Source: Takakia lepidozioides | Taxonomy: Eukaryota > Plantae > Bryophyta | Assembly: GCA_030704615.1 (NCBI GenBank) | Contig: CM060734.1 | Span: 25,296,001 to 25,360,000, forward strand | Direction of reading: 5' to 3' | Length of the DNA stretch: 64,000 nt | Part shown: in pieces, positions 1-12,270 of the stretch | Layout of the letters: every line of letters begins with the position of its first letter | Position numbering within the stretch: position 1 is the stretch's first letter | Position numbers and translations under genes: made by a program | Notes under the pieces: model-generated | Told to the model about the DNA's origin: nothing | What the model saw: the letters and a program-made list of their open reading frames with translations, nothing else | Databases searched by the model: none

Positions 1-294
1 GGCTAAGCACACGATCCAAGAATGCATACTCAGCCCCCTCACTAGCCTTGTCAGGCAATGGAACCAACTCAATCCACTTGGAGAAGTGCTCCACCATCAC
101 CAACACATATATGTGGTGACGCATAGTCAGTGGCAACGGTCCTGCGAAGTCAAGACTCCACCTGTAGCCCAATCCCATGATTGGTAAAGGATGCAACTGT
201 GGTGTAGGGGCATTGAATGAAGCACGCACCCTGTCACACACCATGCACCTAGCCACGAATTGTTGCACCTCTGTATGCATACCACGCCACCAAT
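1..294 (-). mobile_element. Integrase fragment of the DNMT-bearing Ty3/Gypsy family
   Basis: Nearly identical to 33121-33413 and to the reverse complement of about 15190-15482 (YWWRGMHTEVQQFVARCMVCDRV...WSLDFAGPL). Confidence 0.9.
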
Positions 295-2343
295 AGATTA
301 CCGCACTACACCAGAGGAACTAAGGACATCAAAGGGTGTGGAAGCAGCAATAAAAAAGGAGTTTGAAATGCAAAGAACCAAGTTGATGTCCGCCTTCGGA
401 AAGCAGCTTAGAATAGTAGATCCTGGACTTGGTTCTGAGTTCTTTCAGCAGATCAAATCTCACTATGACAAGCATGTGCATCCGAAGATGCAGCAGGAGA
501 AATTGCACCGGCTGGCCATATCCATGGTCGACCCACAAACAAAAATAAGGTGGCTGGAGATATGGAACTCAGATCAGACAGTAAAGGACTTGAATTAGTT
601 CCCAAAGAGCACCATACAGCCTGGCACAAAGGTGGAAGGAATCAGTGATTTGGTGTTTGATAACTGGTTCCACAAGGCTACATTTTGGAGTCAGGTGTGT
701 ATTCAAATAAGCCGTTTTCTTTTCTTCAATTATATGATGAGTATCTTATTTGCAATACTGACAAATATACAATTTGCAGCTCGAAAAGCGCGTCGTCATT
801 GTGCTGGATCAGACTTTGAAGGACTTGAACATTTCGATTGTTTCCCCTCCCCAAATGTCATTGGAGGCATACATAAGGAAGTGGAGAGGTCTCACCTGGA
901 GATACTATTTTTTCCGGGAGTTCTCCAAAGATGGTAACATTTTACGGTCCAACAACTTTGACAGTCAGGTTGGAGGAGAGTGGGCCATGATGCAAGTTGT
1001 GTACAGGTGCAATATCATACTGGAAACTCTACTGCACTTTTTGGGAAATAATTAGGCTTCATAAGGATTGTAATCATAGATCCAAATTGAATGTCGTTGA
1101 CGACATTCACTTCTTTGTCTGAGTCATTCTTAAGCGAGAATTTGAATTCACCTGGATTAGGAGCTTAGGGTGTATTTATAGTGTCCCTGATTAGAATTGA
1201 TAATGTCCCTGAATGGCATTGACGACATTCACATCCACAGTTGTTAAGAGGTCCTCAGAGATATGTAAGTTTTTGTAATGTCCATAGAGTTTATAGTGAG
1301 GGTTCCTCACTCCAGTTTGCTGAATGTCAATGTAGACATTTAGTTGTTCTGCAATGCTTTTGCCTCTTGAATCTTGAGGCTTGATTAGCTGTGTTATCAG
1401 AGATCCAAAGTGAATGTCATTGACGACATTCACTTCTATGTCTATGTCATTCACAGGCGACAATTTGAATTTACATGGATTAGGAGCTTAGGGTGTATTT
1501 ATTGGTTCCTTGTTCGGAATTTTGTGAATGGCGTTGACGCCATTCACATCCAGTGTTATTATGAGGTCCTCAGTGTTATGTATGTTTTGAATGTCCATTG
1601 AGTTTTTAGGGAGGGTTCCTTACTCGAGTTTCTGAATGTCGTTGCCGACATTCAGTTTCCATCCAATGATTTTGCCTTTTTTGAGAAATCATTAGGCTTG
1701 ATTAGCAGTGTATTCACAAATCCAAAGTGAATGATGTTGACGACATTCACTTCTATGTCTGCGTCATTCCAAAGCGAGAGTTTGCATGCACGTGGATTAG
1801 GGTGTATTTGCAGTATCATTGAATGGAATTTTTTGAATGGCGTTGACGACATTCACATCCAGAGCTGTCGCGTGGTCTTGAGAGCTCCTTGGAGCAGTTC
1901 TCAGAGCCATTTCATTCCTTGTTTTTTTCATTCTGTGCTACTTGCATCTTACTCACTTCGCGCTTTGGTGGGTTGGGTTTTATCTCCTGTTTAACAGATA
2001 CACGAAATATGTGCTTTTGGAAGGAAATCACCTGAGCGGTATTCCAGACTATCTTGACATGTGGTCGGACCCAGCAAACGATCCAACCATGTATACTGCA
2101 GGGATATTGAAGGACTGGAGTCCTTCTCACTTCAGAGACTGTGGGTGGTACCTTGACTGCCCACCGAAGCACACGACCTTTCAAGAACAGCACATGAAAT
2201 ATTTGAACAATAATGCTGAGATGCTAGCGCCTCTGACTGACGAGCAGTACCAAAGAAACATAACAACATTGGCTGCCAAGGAGCCTGATGCTCAGGGAAC
2301 GCCGCAAGAAGGCGGGCCGCAAACCAAAAGACAAGGCTCCTAG
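295..2343 (+). pseudogene. Spliced transposon-cargo gene fragment, homologous to the N-terminal part of the MTase-like gene at 24105-26734
   Basis: GT-AG exons at about 295-694, 780-1006 and 1998-2343. The last exon, YTKYVLLEGNHLS..WSDP..MYTAGILKDW..RDCGWYLDCPP, aligns with YCKFSLLEKGHLS..WRNP..MYTDVIVKEW..RDCPWYVDLPP at 25129. In-frame stop at 596-598. Confidence 0.6.
1078..1870. repeat. Intronic tandem repeat of about 320 bp (2.5 copies) built on the hairpin motif GAATGTCGTTGACGACATTC
   Basis: Variants of tccaaa(t/g)tgaatgtc..tgacgacattcacttct at about 1081, 1403 and 1721, with sub-copies near 1211, 1527 and 1836. Confidence 0.8.
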
Positions 2344-2424
2344 AGGCCATTTATGATCACATAAAAGGCTTAAGAAAAAAGTAAGAGCATTTCTTTGCAT
2401 AAAGAACATCACCAAAGTAGGGTT

Positions 2425-2684
2425 ACATATTGACATTTGGGATTGGCCCAAGTGTCAATCCAGGGGTCAAGGCAGATTTAGGCCCTGGAGTGGTTAGCGC
2501 GGGAGGCTCATCTTTCTTGAGTTGAGCCTCACCGCGCCTAGCTATGGCGCCATAGTGTGGATTCCCCATGGCGTGGGGTGCACTTGGCTTGATTTGTATT
2601 TGAGTGATGAGTTTATATATGCATGAGTTTAAGCTTCAGCTTTGTGAGCTCGCATGAGCTCGTGCTTGTATTCTTCTTTTATCA
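2425..2684 (+). repeat. 5' terminal segment B (LTR R/U5-like), 5'-truncated, ending TTATCA
   Basis: Closely matches the reverse complement of about 40290-40450 and more loosely 16720-17073. Contains the gaggctca...tgagcctc hairpin. Confidence 0.75.
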
Positions 2685-2700
2685 CTCGAGAAAGATGAGC
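2685..2700 (+). promoter_or_regulatory. Putative self-priming primer-binding site
   Basis: CTCGAGAAAGATGAGC abuts the LTR-end CA and is complementary (15/16) to GCTCATCTTTCTTGAG at 2506-2521. There is no TGG tRNA-type PBS. Confidence 0.65.
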
Positions 2701-4229
2701 TCATATCTGTAAGTGCCAGATACGAGTTAGTTGTAGCACTTGTGGTTTTTGCTTGAGAATGAGAGAAACCAAGTTGTTATGTAAGGAGCACCGTGGAGCT
2801 CTTGGTTGTTAGAAGCGGAGGCGATGTGGGTTACGAGGTAGTAGACCTTGGCATTCGATCTTCAGCTTCAGAGATGAAAGCACCATGCTGCAGGTAATTC
2901 CAGAGCACCTTGATAGTTTCAGATTGTGTACATGCATGAGCAAGCACGATTGGGAAGAGGACCAGTCGAGAGCAGGTTAGAGTGGCTTTGGTGGCAAAGC
3001 TGAGGACTGGACCTGGGAATGCGAGCTTTCATTGTGTGAAGGATTGCAAAACCAAGCGAAAGGGCTGATTTGGCTTGGGGCAAATCAGTGCACTTTGTGG
3101 AGTATGTTGAGATTGGGTTTCAATCTTGAGCTTCAGCATTGAGAGGGCTCTTGTCATGGCAAGAGCAGGGCTGGAACAGGAGCTAAGAGGTGCGGCAAGG
3201 CCATGGAATGTGCACCTAGGGTTTCAGAGCTTGGAAGAAGAGCTCTTGCACCACAAGATGAGTGTCTTGTGGCTGGAAATGTAAGCCTTAGGGTTTCAAG
3301 AGCTTGGCAAAGGCTGTGGAGTGCTTAGTCTTGTCTTAGAGAGCATCGAGGAGCCAAAGAGCCAAGATAGGGGGCTGATACCTCTTGTGTGAAGAGGTTG
3401 CATGTGTGGAGCATATATTCAGCTCATTGAAGCTTCCATCTTCAAGCTTGGAGGGCAAGCAAGGAAGAGGGAAGGGCTGACTTCCCTTATGTGAGGGCAA
3501 TGCATGTGTGGAGCATGCTTTCAGCCTGTTGAAGGCTTGTACTTTTAGGTTTGGGAGTGCAAGAAAGGAAGGAAAGGGCTGGTTCCCCTGTAGGGCATGT
3601 GTGGAGCATGCTTTCAGCCCGCTGAAGCTTGTATTTTCAGGTTTGTGGGTGCAAGAAATGAAGCAAAAGAGCTGATTCTCTTATGGTGAGAGTGGGGCAT
3701 GTGTGGAGCATGCCTTCAGCCCATTGAGGCTCTTGTTTTCAAGCTTTAGAGAGCTAGAACGGAAGGGCTAGGGCTGGTTTCCACTTGGGGTGAAATAAAA
3801 GCACTTGTAGGGCCTATGTGAGTTGGGGTTTCAACTTCAAGCTTGAAAGGAGCACAACTCTTGAAGCAGCAGGTGCAGGGGCTGGATTAGGTGCGAAGCG
3901 CATGCTATGGTCAAGAAAAGCACGTGAATGAGTGCCTACAAGGGCTGAAGTCAACCATGTTTGGTAAGTCGCCATAGGGATCAATGGCGCTGTTTTGTGA
4001 GTTAAAAGGAAGTTTGTGCACTTAGTTTCGGTTGCAAACATCTTCCTTTGGAATTAGAGCTACTATTGGTGGTGTGTGGGGGCCATAAAGAGCAAGAATA
4101 CCTTGTTGATTTCCTCACAGCCGCCATAGCTCGGTGCAAAGAAGCCTAGAGTCCAAGAGACACAAACCCTAGCTTGGCGTGGCTAAACCCCTTGGAAAAA
4201 TGGCTAAACTGCCATGAGTGGCCATGGAT

Positions 4230-4500
4230 GGGGCTGTGACGGGCTGTGACAGGCTGTGACAGGCTGTGACCTGTGGCCTGTGGGGCTGTGATGGGCTGTG
4301 AGGGGCTGTGACAGGCTGTGGCCTGTGGGGCTGTGACCCTGTGACATGTGTAGGGCTGTGACAGACTGTGACCTGTGGCCTTTGGGCTGTGACGGGCTGT
4401 GATAGGCTGTGGCCTGTGGGGCTGTGACGGCTGTGACCAGTGATATGTGTGGGCCTGTGCTGGTCTGTGGTGGCCCGTGTTGACCTGTGGATGGCCTGTG
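4230..4500 (+). repeat. Degenerate (GGCTGTGAC)n minisatellite in the retrotransposon 5' UTR
   Basis: Many gggctgtgac, aggctgtgac and ggcctgtg units. Confidence 0.85.
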
Positions 4501-5038
4501 CTGACTCGAGGAGGCACTGGTGGATTGCCTAAGGACTGACATGTGGTCTTGAAGGCCAAATTTTGACGCTCGTGGAGGGCGGTTTGAGGAGTATCTTCAT
4601 GATATTCCCATGGCCATGCAAGTGAGGGAAGAGAGGAGAGGAAGAGTGTTGGGATGAGGGCATGCTGGGGTTAGGCATTGCTTTACCCCTCCATACCTGC
4701 ATGCTTGACTGTGCGCCATGTTAGTTTCGTGTGGGCACTTGTTTTTATAGGTGATTGGTCCGGATTTGATCACCGGCCAGTCCTAGAGCATGCTGTCGAT
4801 GGTGAGGCTGGGGTGATGACCAATCAGACCATCATTGTTTCTCCTGTAGTGAGGTTGGAGGTGATGACCAGCCAACCATAGGAGTGCTTTGCGGTGGATG
4901 CAGGTGCAGGTGTAGGCTATGTTAGGAACCTAGTATTCCAAACCATAAGCCGCAACAGGTTCTCTACCCGGTTACCTTGTGGAGAGGGGGTTAGGGACAT
5001 GTTCATGACCGGTTGAGTGACAGTTTGTCAACACGGAG

Positions 5039-7640
5039 ATGCCACTAGTTGTTGGGGACAGTGCCGGTTTGAGCACTAGCGATACTAGTGGGTACATGAG
5101 ACGAGGTGTGCGTTTTAGGCCACCTTCACCTCCTGTGTCTTCTACGAAAGGTTCTGATTCGGATTGTGAATCAGGAGGACTCACACCGGTGGTGCAAGTT
5201 GTTTCATTGCCATTGTTGTGGGACACAATGGAGGAGATGTATGGAGCTATCAAGGGGCCACGAAGGTACTCTGGGGTGGTGGGCACCATCGAGTTGGATG
5301 ATTTTATCCAAGAGTTTGATAGTTGGTGTGATTTGCAGCAAATGCGCAATCCACAACTATTTACGCATTTCATGGCATGGAAGGGGCTGTTTCAGCACCT
5401 TGAGGGGCCGCCTATGGATGATTACCATGAGTTCAGGCGGGGGCATGAGGTTGAGATCGAGGAGTGGAGGATGTACTGGTCACCCGACTATATCTCCATC
5501 ACTAGGGGCACTAGAGCCACGAGGGCATTGGCTATACCTGCCGCTGCACCGGCAGCTTCAGCAAGCAGCAGTGGGACTGGTGGTACAGTAGCTACGACGT
5601 CCACCCAAGCCACTACCACACCAGCACTAGTACCCGTGCCTGCCTTCAACCCTGTTGTGGAGTTCTTCAAAGAGTTGAGAGGGAACTACCAAGGGGTGAG
5701 GACAGAGAAGTTGCGGAGCTTGCAAGAGTTCCAACGGAAGCCTACTGAGAGCTTGAGGGAGGCTTTCACTCACATGAGGCGCTTGATAAATGTAACCCGA
5801 GGGGTTACGGAAGCTCAGGCAGTCCAATTTTGGTATGGGATATTGGACAAGGAGCTGAGGAAAAGGGTGCGGGATGCAACTCTCCTACAAGCGGCCCAAC
5901 CCACTTTAGCAAATGTGTTTTTGCTGGCAGAGCGGATAGAGCTCAACATGGTGGAGAAATGAGTGGTCATGGTGGGATTTGCTAAGGAGACAACACGGGG
6001 TAGTGGTGCTCTTAGCCAACCACTACCTCAACATGCTCAAGGCAGCAAAGGGGTCCAGGTGAAGCCCAGGGAAAGACAGAGAGGACCTCAGATGCAGGGG
6101 TCTCTCCCTTCATTTGCAGGCCAACAACGGGCGGAGGTGGTGTGTTGGACATGTGGAGGACCCCATGTCAAGAAGGATTGCCCAGAGGGAGACAAAGGGC
6201 CGGCATATGAACAGCCTACACAGTTGCAGTGTGGGCATTATGGCAAGCACGGGCATGGAGAGGCCCAGTGTTATGGTTTGCATCCTGAGTTGCACCCAGG
6301 CCAGTTCCAAGGGAACAATGGTGGCCGGGGGCGAGGTGGAGTAGCCCAGAGAGGACGAGGTGGCCAGGCACGGGGTGCAGGCCAAGGGCAAGCTCAACAT
6401 GGCCAAGGACGCGGAGGTCAGGGTGTTGACCAAAGCATGGCCAACTGGCTTCAGCAGCTAGAGCAGAGGCTCGTTGCCATGGCTACAGCTCAGGTGGTAC
6501 CAGCTCCAAGGCCGGATGGTCCACCTCCTGCTCCTGAGGGAGGAGATATGGGAGGCATGGGATTCATGTGCGGAGCAGCACTACCATTAGTGCAGGTGGA
6601 GTCTGCTACAGCCATGACTCGAGGAGCAGCACGAGTTCCTGAGCCACGAGGTGCAGAGGTGGAGTTGGATTCACAGCGTGGGGAGGCAAGCCGTTACGCT
6701 AGGCTTCCTCAGTCATTCACATTGGCGGAGACAGTGTCGATGCCATCCATGGCACCTAGTTCTCGCCCGACTGTTACTGAGGCGGAGGTTACTATGCCAT
6801 TGGGGAGAGCTACACAGGCAACACCACTACCTAGTGTTTCCAAGGCTACGACAGCTAGTGTGCTGCTGGGAGCGGCCACATCTGTGTGCCAGGCTCCATT
6901 GTTCTCGGCTACCATGATTGCGATGCCGGGGGTAAGACCAGCTGAGGTGTTCAGGCTGGCAGCTACACTCTGTGAGAGCGGGGAGGTTACTTCATCTTCT
7001 GCGGAGATATTGGGAGGTGTAGTGCCGGAGGGATCCTCGGATTTGAAGGTCAAGACTGCCACGGCGGCGCCATGGCAAGCTGCAGCTGCCAGGTTGATGG
7101 AGCTGTCAGCTAGGCCAGCCATTGAGCGCGCCATGGTGACACCTGGAGTTGTCATGTTAGACAACCAGGATGGCATTTTCTGTTTGAGTGGACCGGCAGG
7201 CAAGAGGTACCGGCCACTGCGAGTCTTGTTGGACTCGGGAGCTCAGCCATTGATGCTAGGCAGAGCTGCTATTGTAGGCTTGGGCCTCATGGAGGCGGAT
7301 ATGGAGCCTTGTCCTTTCCAGATACAGACGTCTCTGGGAGGATCGGAGCAGGCTCGGGGCATGACACGGCGTGAGTTGGCTATTAGACTACGGCCGGATC
7401 ACCCTACAGATGGCTCAGCGATGCGAGCCAAGGCCATTGTGACAGACGCGGTCTCATACGATGTCATGGCTGGTGAGGCAGTGTTGTACCCCATGGGCTT
7501 CACCCTGGATTTTTTGGAGGAGTCAGATTCCTATAGGCCTGGATGGCAGTTAGGGGAGGGCCGGCGTGTGCAGCTCCCTGTGACGTTCATAGGAGGAGTT
7601 GCGGTTGCCCAGCAGGGCAAGATATTGACACTAGCAGCAT
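5039..7640 (+). pseudogene. Gag (CCHC zinc knuckles) and aspartic protease of copy A
   Basis: Zinc knuckle CWTCGGPHVKKDC; protease motif VLLDSGAQP; premature TGA at 5960 (CGA in copy C). Confidence 0.85.
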
Positions 7641-7919
7641 TCACAGCTGCAGTGACTTGGATGACAACACTCATTCAGAGGATGTGTCATCTCCGAGAGA
7701 GCAAGATGACATGCATGGTATGGCGGAGTTGCCTGCCATGGTTGCTCATACTCCATTGTGGGGTTCGAGCAAAGATTTGCAGCGGGTTGCTGATCGACGG
7801 GTGCAACAAGCCTGGGTAGAGGCTTTTTTGCCGTTAGGAGAGGAGGACAGTGCGGGGATTGCACCAGGACCACCTCAGTTGTCCATTGGACACCACACCG
7901 ATTGTGTAGCAGTATCCGG

Positions 7920-8590
7920 ATGAAGGCATTTGTCTTCTGGACTTGTTTGGCGGGATCAGCACCGGATTGGCTGTTGTGTTACATGTAGGTGTATGAGTTC
8001 GGCATTACCTATATGTGGAGAGGGATGAGACTGCACGACACGTTACACTTTGCCATGTTGCTCAGTTGGTGCAGCAGTACCCTGAGTTGTTGCCGGTGTC
8101 TGCAGTTCGTGGATATCACCAGGCCTTGCCAGCAGACATTTCGTTGCTGGGGGCTCAGGATTTAGAGTGGGCTGGTTCCATTGATCTGGTAGTGGCAGGT
8201 TGGCCCTGCCAAAGGCATTCATCAGCCGAGCATGACAATGGATTGCGAGACTCAAGGTTGGGTCTGTTTTGGGAGATGGTGCGGGTTTTGCGCCACTTGT
8301 AGCTTCATCAAGCGGTATCTTCAGCATACATCTTGGAGAATGTGCCACCGATGGGCGATTCTCGGGCCAGGGTGATGGCCAGTGTGCATCAAGCCTGGTC
8401 GTGGCTCGGGTCAGCAGTGTTGCTAGATGCAGCTACAGTGGGGTCACAGGCTCATCGTCCACGGCTATGGTGGACTAACTTGATGTCACCCGCACTACTC
8501 AAGTGTGCATTTGATGGGGTGCAGCGGCCGGCACACCTCACATTGGATAGCATTTTGGACAGAGGGAGGCAGTCTCAGCGTGTGAGACAC
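7920..8590 (+). pseudogene. DNMT3/DRM-like C5-cytosine DNA methyltransferase domain in the retrotransposon polyprotein (N-terminal part)
   Basis: Motif I LDLFGGIS, motif IV DLVVAGWPCQ, LFWEMVRVL, motif VI YILENV and motif VIII AHRPRLWWTNL. Has in-frame stops and is truncated by an insertion. Confidence 0.9.
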
Positions 8591-9208
8591 CAGGGATGCC
8601 TCGGCGTGAGCCTGGTCACGTGAGCATGTGAGCGCAACTGCGCTCACGCCACGTCACCTTGCGCCAATGCCACATCACGGGGCTCACTCCACGTCATCAC
8701 ACTTGAAGGTCGCGTCACCACGCGCCCAGGAAGAAGTGGAGTGTATTCCCGCGGATTGTAAACAGATGGATGAGTATGAAAAATGAATGTAGATGGATGA
8801 ATGAGGGATGGATAAGAGTCAAATGGATGAATGTATAATGGATGTTGAACAATGGAAAACATTCATGACAGGATGATGCATGACTAAAACTTTAGACGAA
8901 TGCACAACGTATATGATATGAGTGTGGTAGGTTTGTGGGGTGGATTAAATAGTACAAAGGATGAATGTACAATGGATGTTGAACAAATGAAAACATTCAT
9001 GAATGGAGCACGCATGAATACACTGTAGATGAAAGCACAATGGATATGACAAGAGTGAGGGAGGTTTGTGAGATGGATTCATACATATTGCAATTTAAAT
9101 GGTAGTTGATTCTTTGATTATTTTTCTTTCCAAAGGAACAACTACGGTGGAGGAAGGGGATTCAACGTTTTCCAAAGAGGATGAAACAAAATATTAAAAG
9201 AACATAGT

Positions 9209-11060
9209 TCAGTCTGACTCAGAGTCAGTACAATGTATCCCCACTTCCTCTGCATCTAAGTCTAAGTATTTAAGAACTCCGGATCTACGCTGGCTACACC
9301 TACGGCCAGGCAGTAAAAAGTCAGGGGATATGGACTCGGCCGCGTGAAGTGCCATTGCTTCGGCATAATCAGGAAGCAGAAAATTGGAAAGGGGGCTGTC
9401 GAAAACAGACTCGCCACAAATGACTATATCTCCTGAAGATCCACCGATGCCTTTCCTGAAAGACAGCCTGAAAAAGTTATTATTGTAAGTTTGATGTTAT
9501 TGAGAAATTGAGTATGGCTCCCAAAGTGGGTTTAGCACTTACTCACATGAAAAGTCGTTGTCGACCTGTTTATCTTTGGGATCGTCATCATTTTGAATTT
9601 GAATCCAATCAGTCTGTGTGCCTGAAGTGGAGCCAGACAAAAGGGGGAGAAGCACTGTGTTGTAGAGGTCAGAATCACCCTCCATGCCAAAAAGGCTTCT
9701 TCCGCCTGCCTTACATGCATGGTAAGTTGCTCCTGCACCAGACAGGAGGACATGAACAGTTTGGTGGGGGGGATTTAAGCAAATGGAATTGGTGAAAGAA
9801 AATCAATTCGGAAGGGAGAGAACAAACTTGTGGACACAGAAAGATCGACCATCCGTGCAGAGTGGTTGGATGCATGACTCCAGCAGTATTTGCATGAACG
9901 TTGGGGATTTTTCCTTTGCACCTCTCCAGGGAGTGCCATCTGGTCTCTTGAGAGTCTGACTGGACTGCATGAAGTTGTACAAAATGTCATCGACATGCGG
10001 CTCATAGGGGGGGGTTGATGAAACAACCCTGGTCAGAAATCTCAAAGCTGCGGATAGAGGATGGTGTCTTTGAGGTGCAAATCTTCCGCAGGCAGATTGC
10101 CTCGAACATCCTCGTCTGCCAAAGATAGCAGGTTAGTGTGGTAAACACAATCTATAGTGGAAGTGTGTACATCGGCTATTCAGAACTCAGGCATAAAACA
10201 ATTATTTTTATCACGAATCGGTGATGATCGGTGTCGATCATGACAGATTCTTCTAGAGTGGAGCTGCAGAGAACATTGAAACTCATCATGAAAGCACAAG
10301 CAGAAGAGAGACGACATACCAGCTGACCAGGGAAACCCCCTTTCACAAGGTAGAGGCTGTTCACACAATTCCATGTGCGCAAAACTTCAAACCCTGAAGA
10401 CTTCAGGTATGATGTCAATGCCCGACGACTATCTTTGTCACATGACTGAAAAAACAGAAGTGTCCCTGCATCAGAGAGGAAATTATTATAGAACCCAAAC
10501 ACCCAACTCCAGTAGTTGTCCTCGAATTTGTTCCAGCCTGGCGTCTTGCCCTTTGGAAGAACTTCTGGCACAGCCTGGCCATCCGGGATGTCGAGAATGA
10601 CAATGTCAGCCGCATATGTTTTCTGCACACCGCACACGAAGGTGGGACCAGTGCTCACCTGCAACAGACATGTTATTTTAAGAACGATGGCAAGAATGTT
10701 TTCAAAGAACCAGACTGAAATAGTGCCAATGAAACTTTCAGAGAAAAAAGAAAGAAACTGGAATTCTCACCAGATTGAGGAATGAGATTATGTTGTCCCA
10801 GGTAGGCGAAGGCACCTCAGTGTATCCTCTCTTTCGACTCTGCATCATCGCCAGCCAACCCTCATTGACAATTTTAATCTCTCCTGCTGAATCAGAACGG
10901 GAAGGGTGTGGCTTGGCATCGAACACGCACTGAACTGTGCGGGTATATCTTCCAGCAGTGAAGTCCTGCCCACTCTCCGTTTCCTTCTCCATCTCTTTGG
11001 ACTTGTCTTTGTCCTTTGGCTTTGTTGGTGAGATGGCTATGACATCACACCAGCCCCAGA
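9209..11060 (-). pseudogene. Spliced beta-class N4/N6 DNA methyltransferase-like gene, copy 1
   Basis: Exons at about 10992-10771, 10658-10320, 10115-9828 and 9732 downward. Motif IV-like ADIVILDIPDG, then PWRGAKEKSPTFMQILLESC, motif I-like MVDLSVST|GATYHACKAGGRSLFGMEGD. Frameshifts present. Confidence 0.7.
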
Positions 11061-12270
11061 TCTAAAACAGATCATGGGGCAAAAAACATGGTGTCCGAAC
11101 ATGACCTGATGTGCAAAATAGGGCAGAGTAGTGTTCCCACATCTTATTCCATGCCCCAAGACCAAGTTCTATGTCTGGGGCATGGAAATCATTACCATAA
11201 CAGGCTGTAATCAGATTTACATGCTATCCAATCATTCATAAAAAACACACAAAGGGTCTGAATTGCTCATTCCATCAGGCTTGCAGGCTGTCTTGGTATC
11301 ATTTATCCTAAAGCAATCTGAATACAGGACCTGAATCAGTTTCTTCACAACCCACAATGGCTTACTACCATGGACTTTTGTCTTTTCTTTTCTTTTTTTC
11401 TTAAATTCATAGAAAGCAACCGTGGGCATATAACCAGGGGCCATATTTGGCCAAAGAGGAGCCAGCCACATCAGTTTTGCATGGCACCATGTGTCCTAAA
11501 GTAGCCAGCTCCTCAAAGAGGTCAGGCTTACAAAGCTTTACATTAAAGAACACTGTCTGGTCAAAAAACAGATCTGCCCTACGTTGCAGCTTGTACCAGA
11601 TATCTTAAGGCCACCAGCTTGTCACATAAATGCTCCATTGTCACAACAAGATGCTGGACTATGGGGCGCCGGCGGGGGCTATGGTGTTGTGGAATTTACT
11701 TCCATCGTCGCTCCGGGAGGGGATAGTGCGGGGACTTCCGACAGCGGGGACTCCTCCCACATCGGGTGATACCGGGGCCGAGTCGGCCAAGGTTGCAGAG
11801 GTACACCCGTCGCACCTTGCCCATTCCATGTTTTGTCCTTTGCTTTGCATGCATGTTTTTCTTTGTTGTTTGTTTCTTTTTTTGAATTTGGGGGGGGGGG
11901 GGGGTGGTATTCATCTTCAGGAGGCAGCGGCATACTTGGCCTCATTGGTGCAGCCCAGTGAGGTTGCCAATGAGGGAGGGCACGTGGTGTTTGTGAAGGA
12001 CCCAAACACCAAAGGTAAGAAGAGACCTTGAACTCCCAAGGTCCCTTTTGCCATCAATGAAGGGGCTGCCGATGAGAGAGAGAGAAGGGAGAGGGAGAAG
12101 GAGAGAGAGGAAGTACCGGGGAAGGGGAAGGAGATAGTCGTCGAGAAGGGGCACGAGAAGAAGAAGAAGAAGAAGAAGTCCCGTGGAGATGAAGGGGCTC
12201 ATGGGCATGTGGGGGGGGGGCAGTGGGGTAACAAAGGAGCAGAGGAAGGAAGATGCAATGAAGCGATAGG

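Noticed and set aside
4146-4559. His/Ser/Pro-rich ORFs
   Set aside because: They are antisense translations of the UTR minisatellite.
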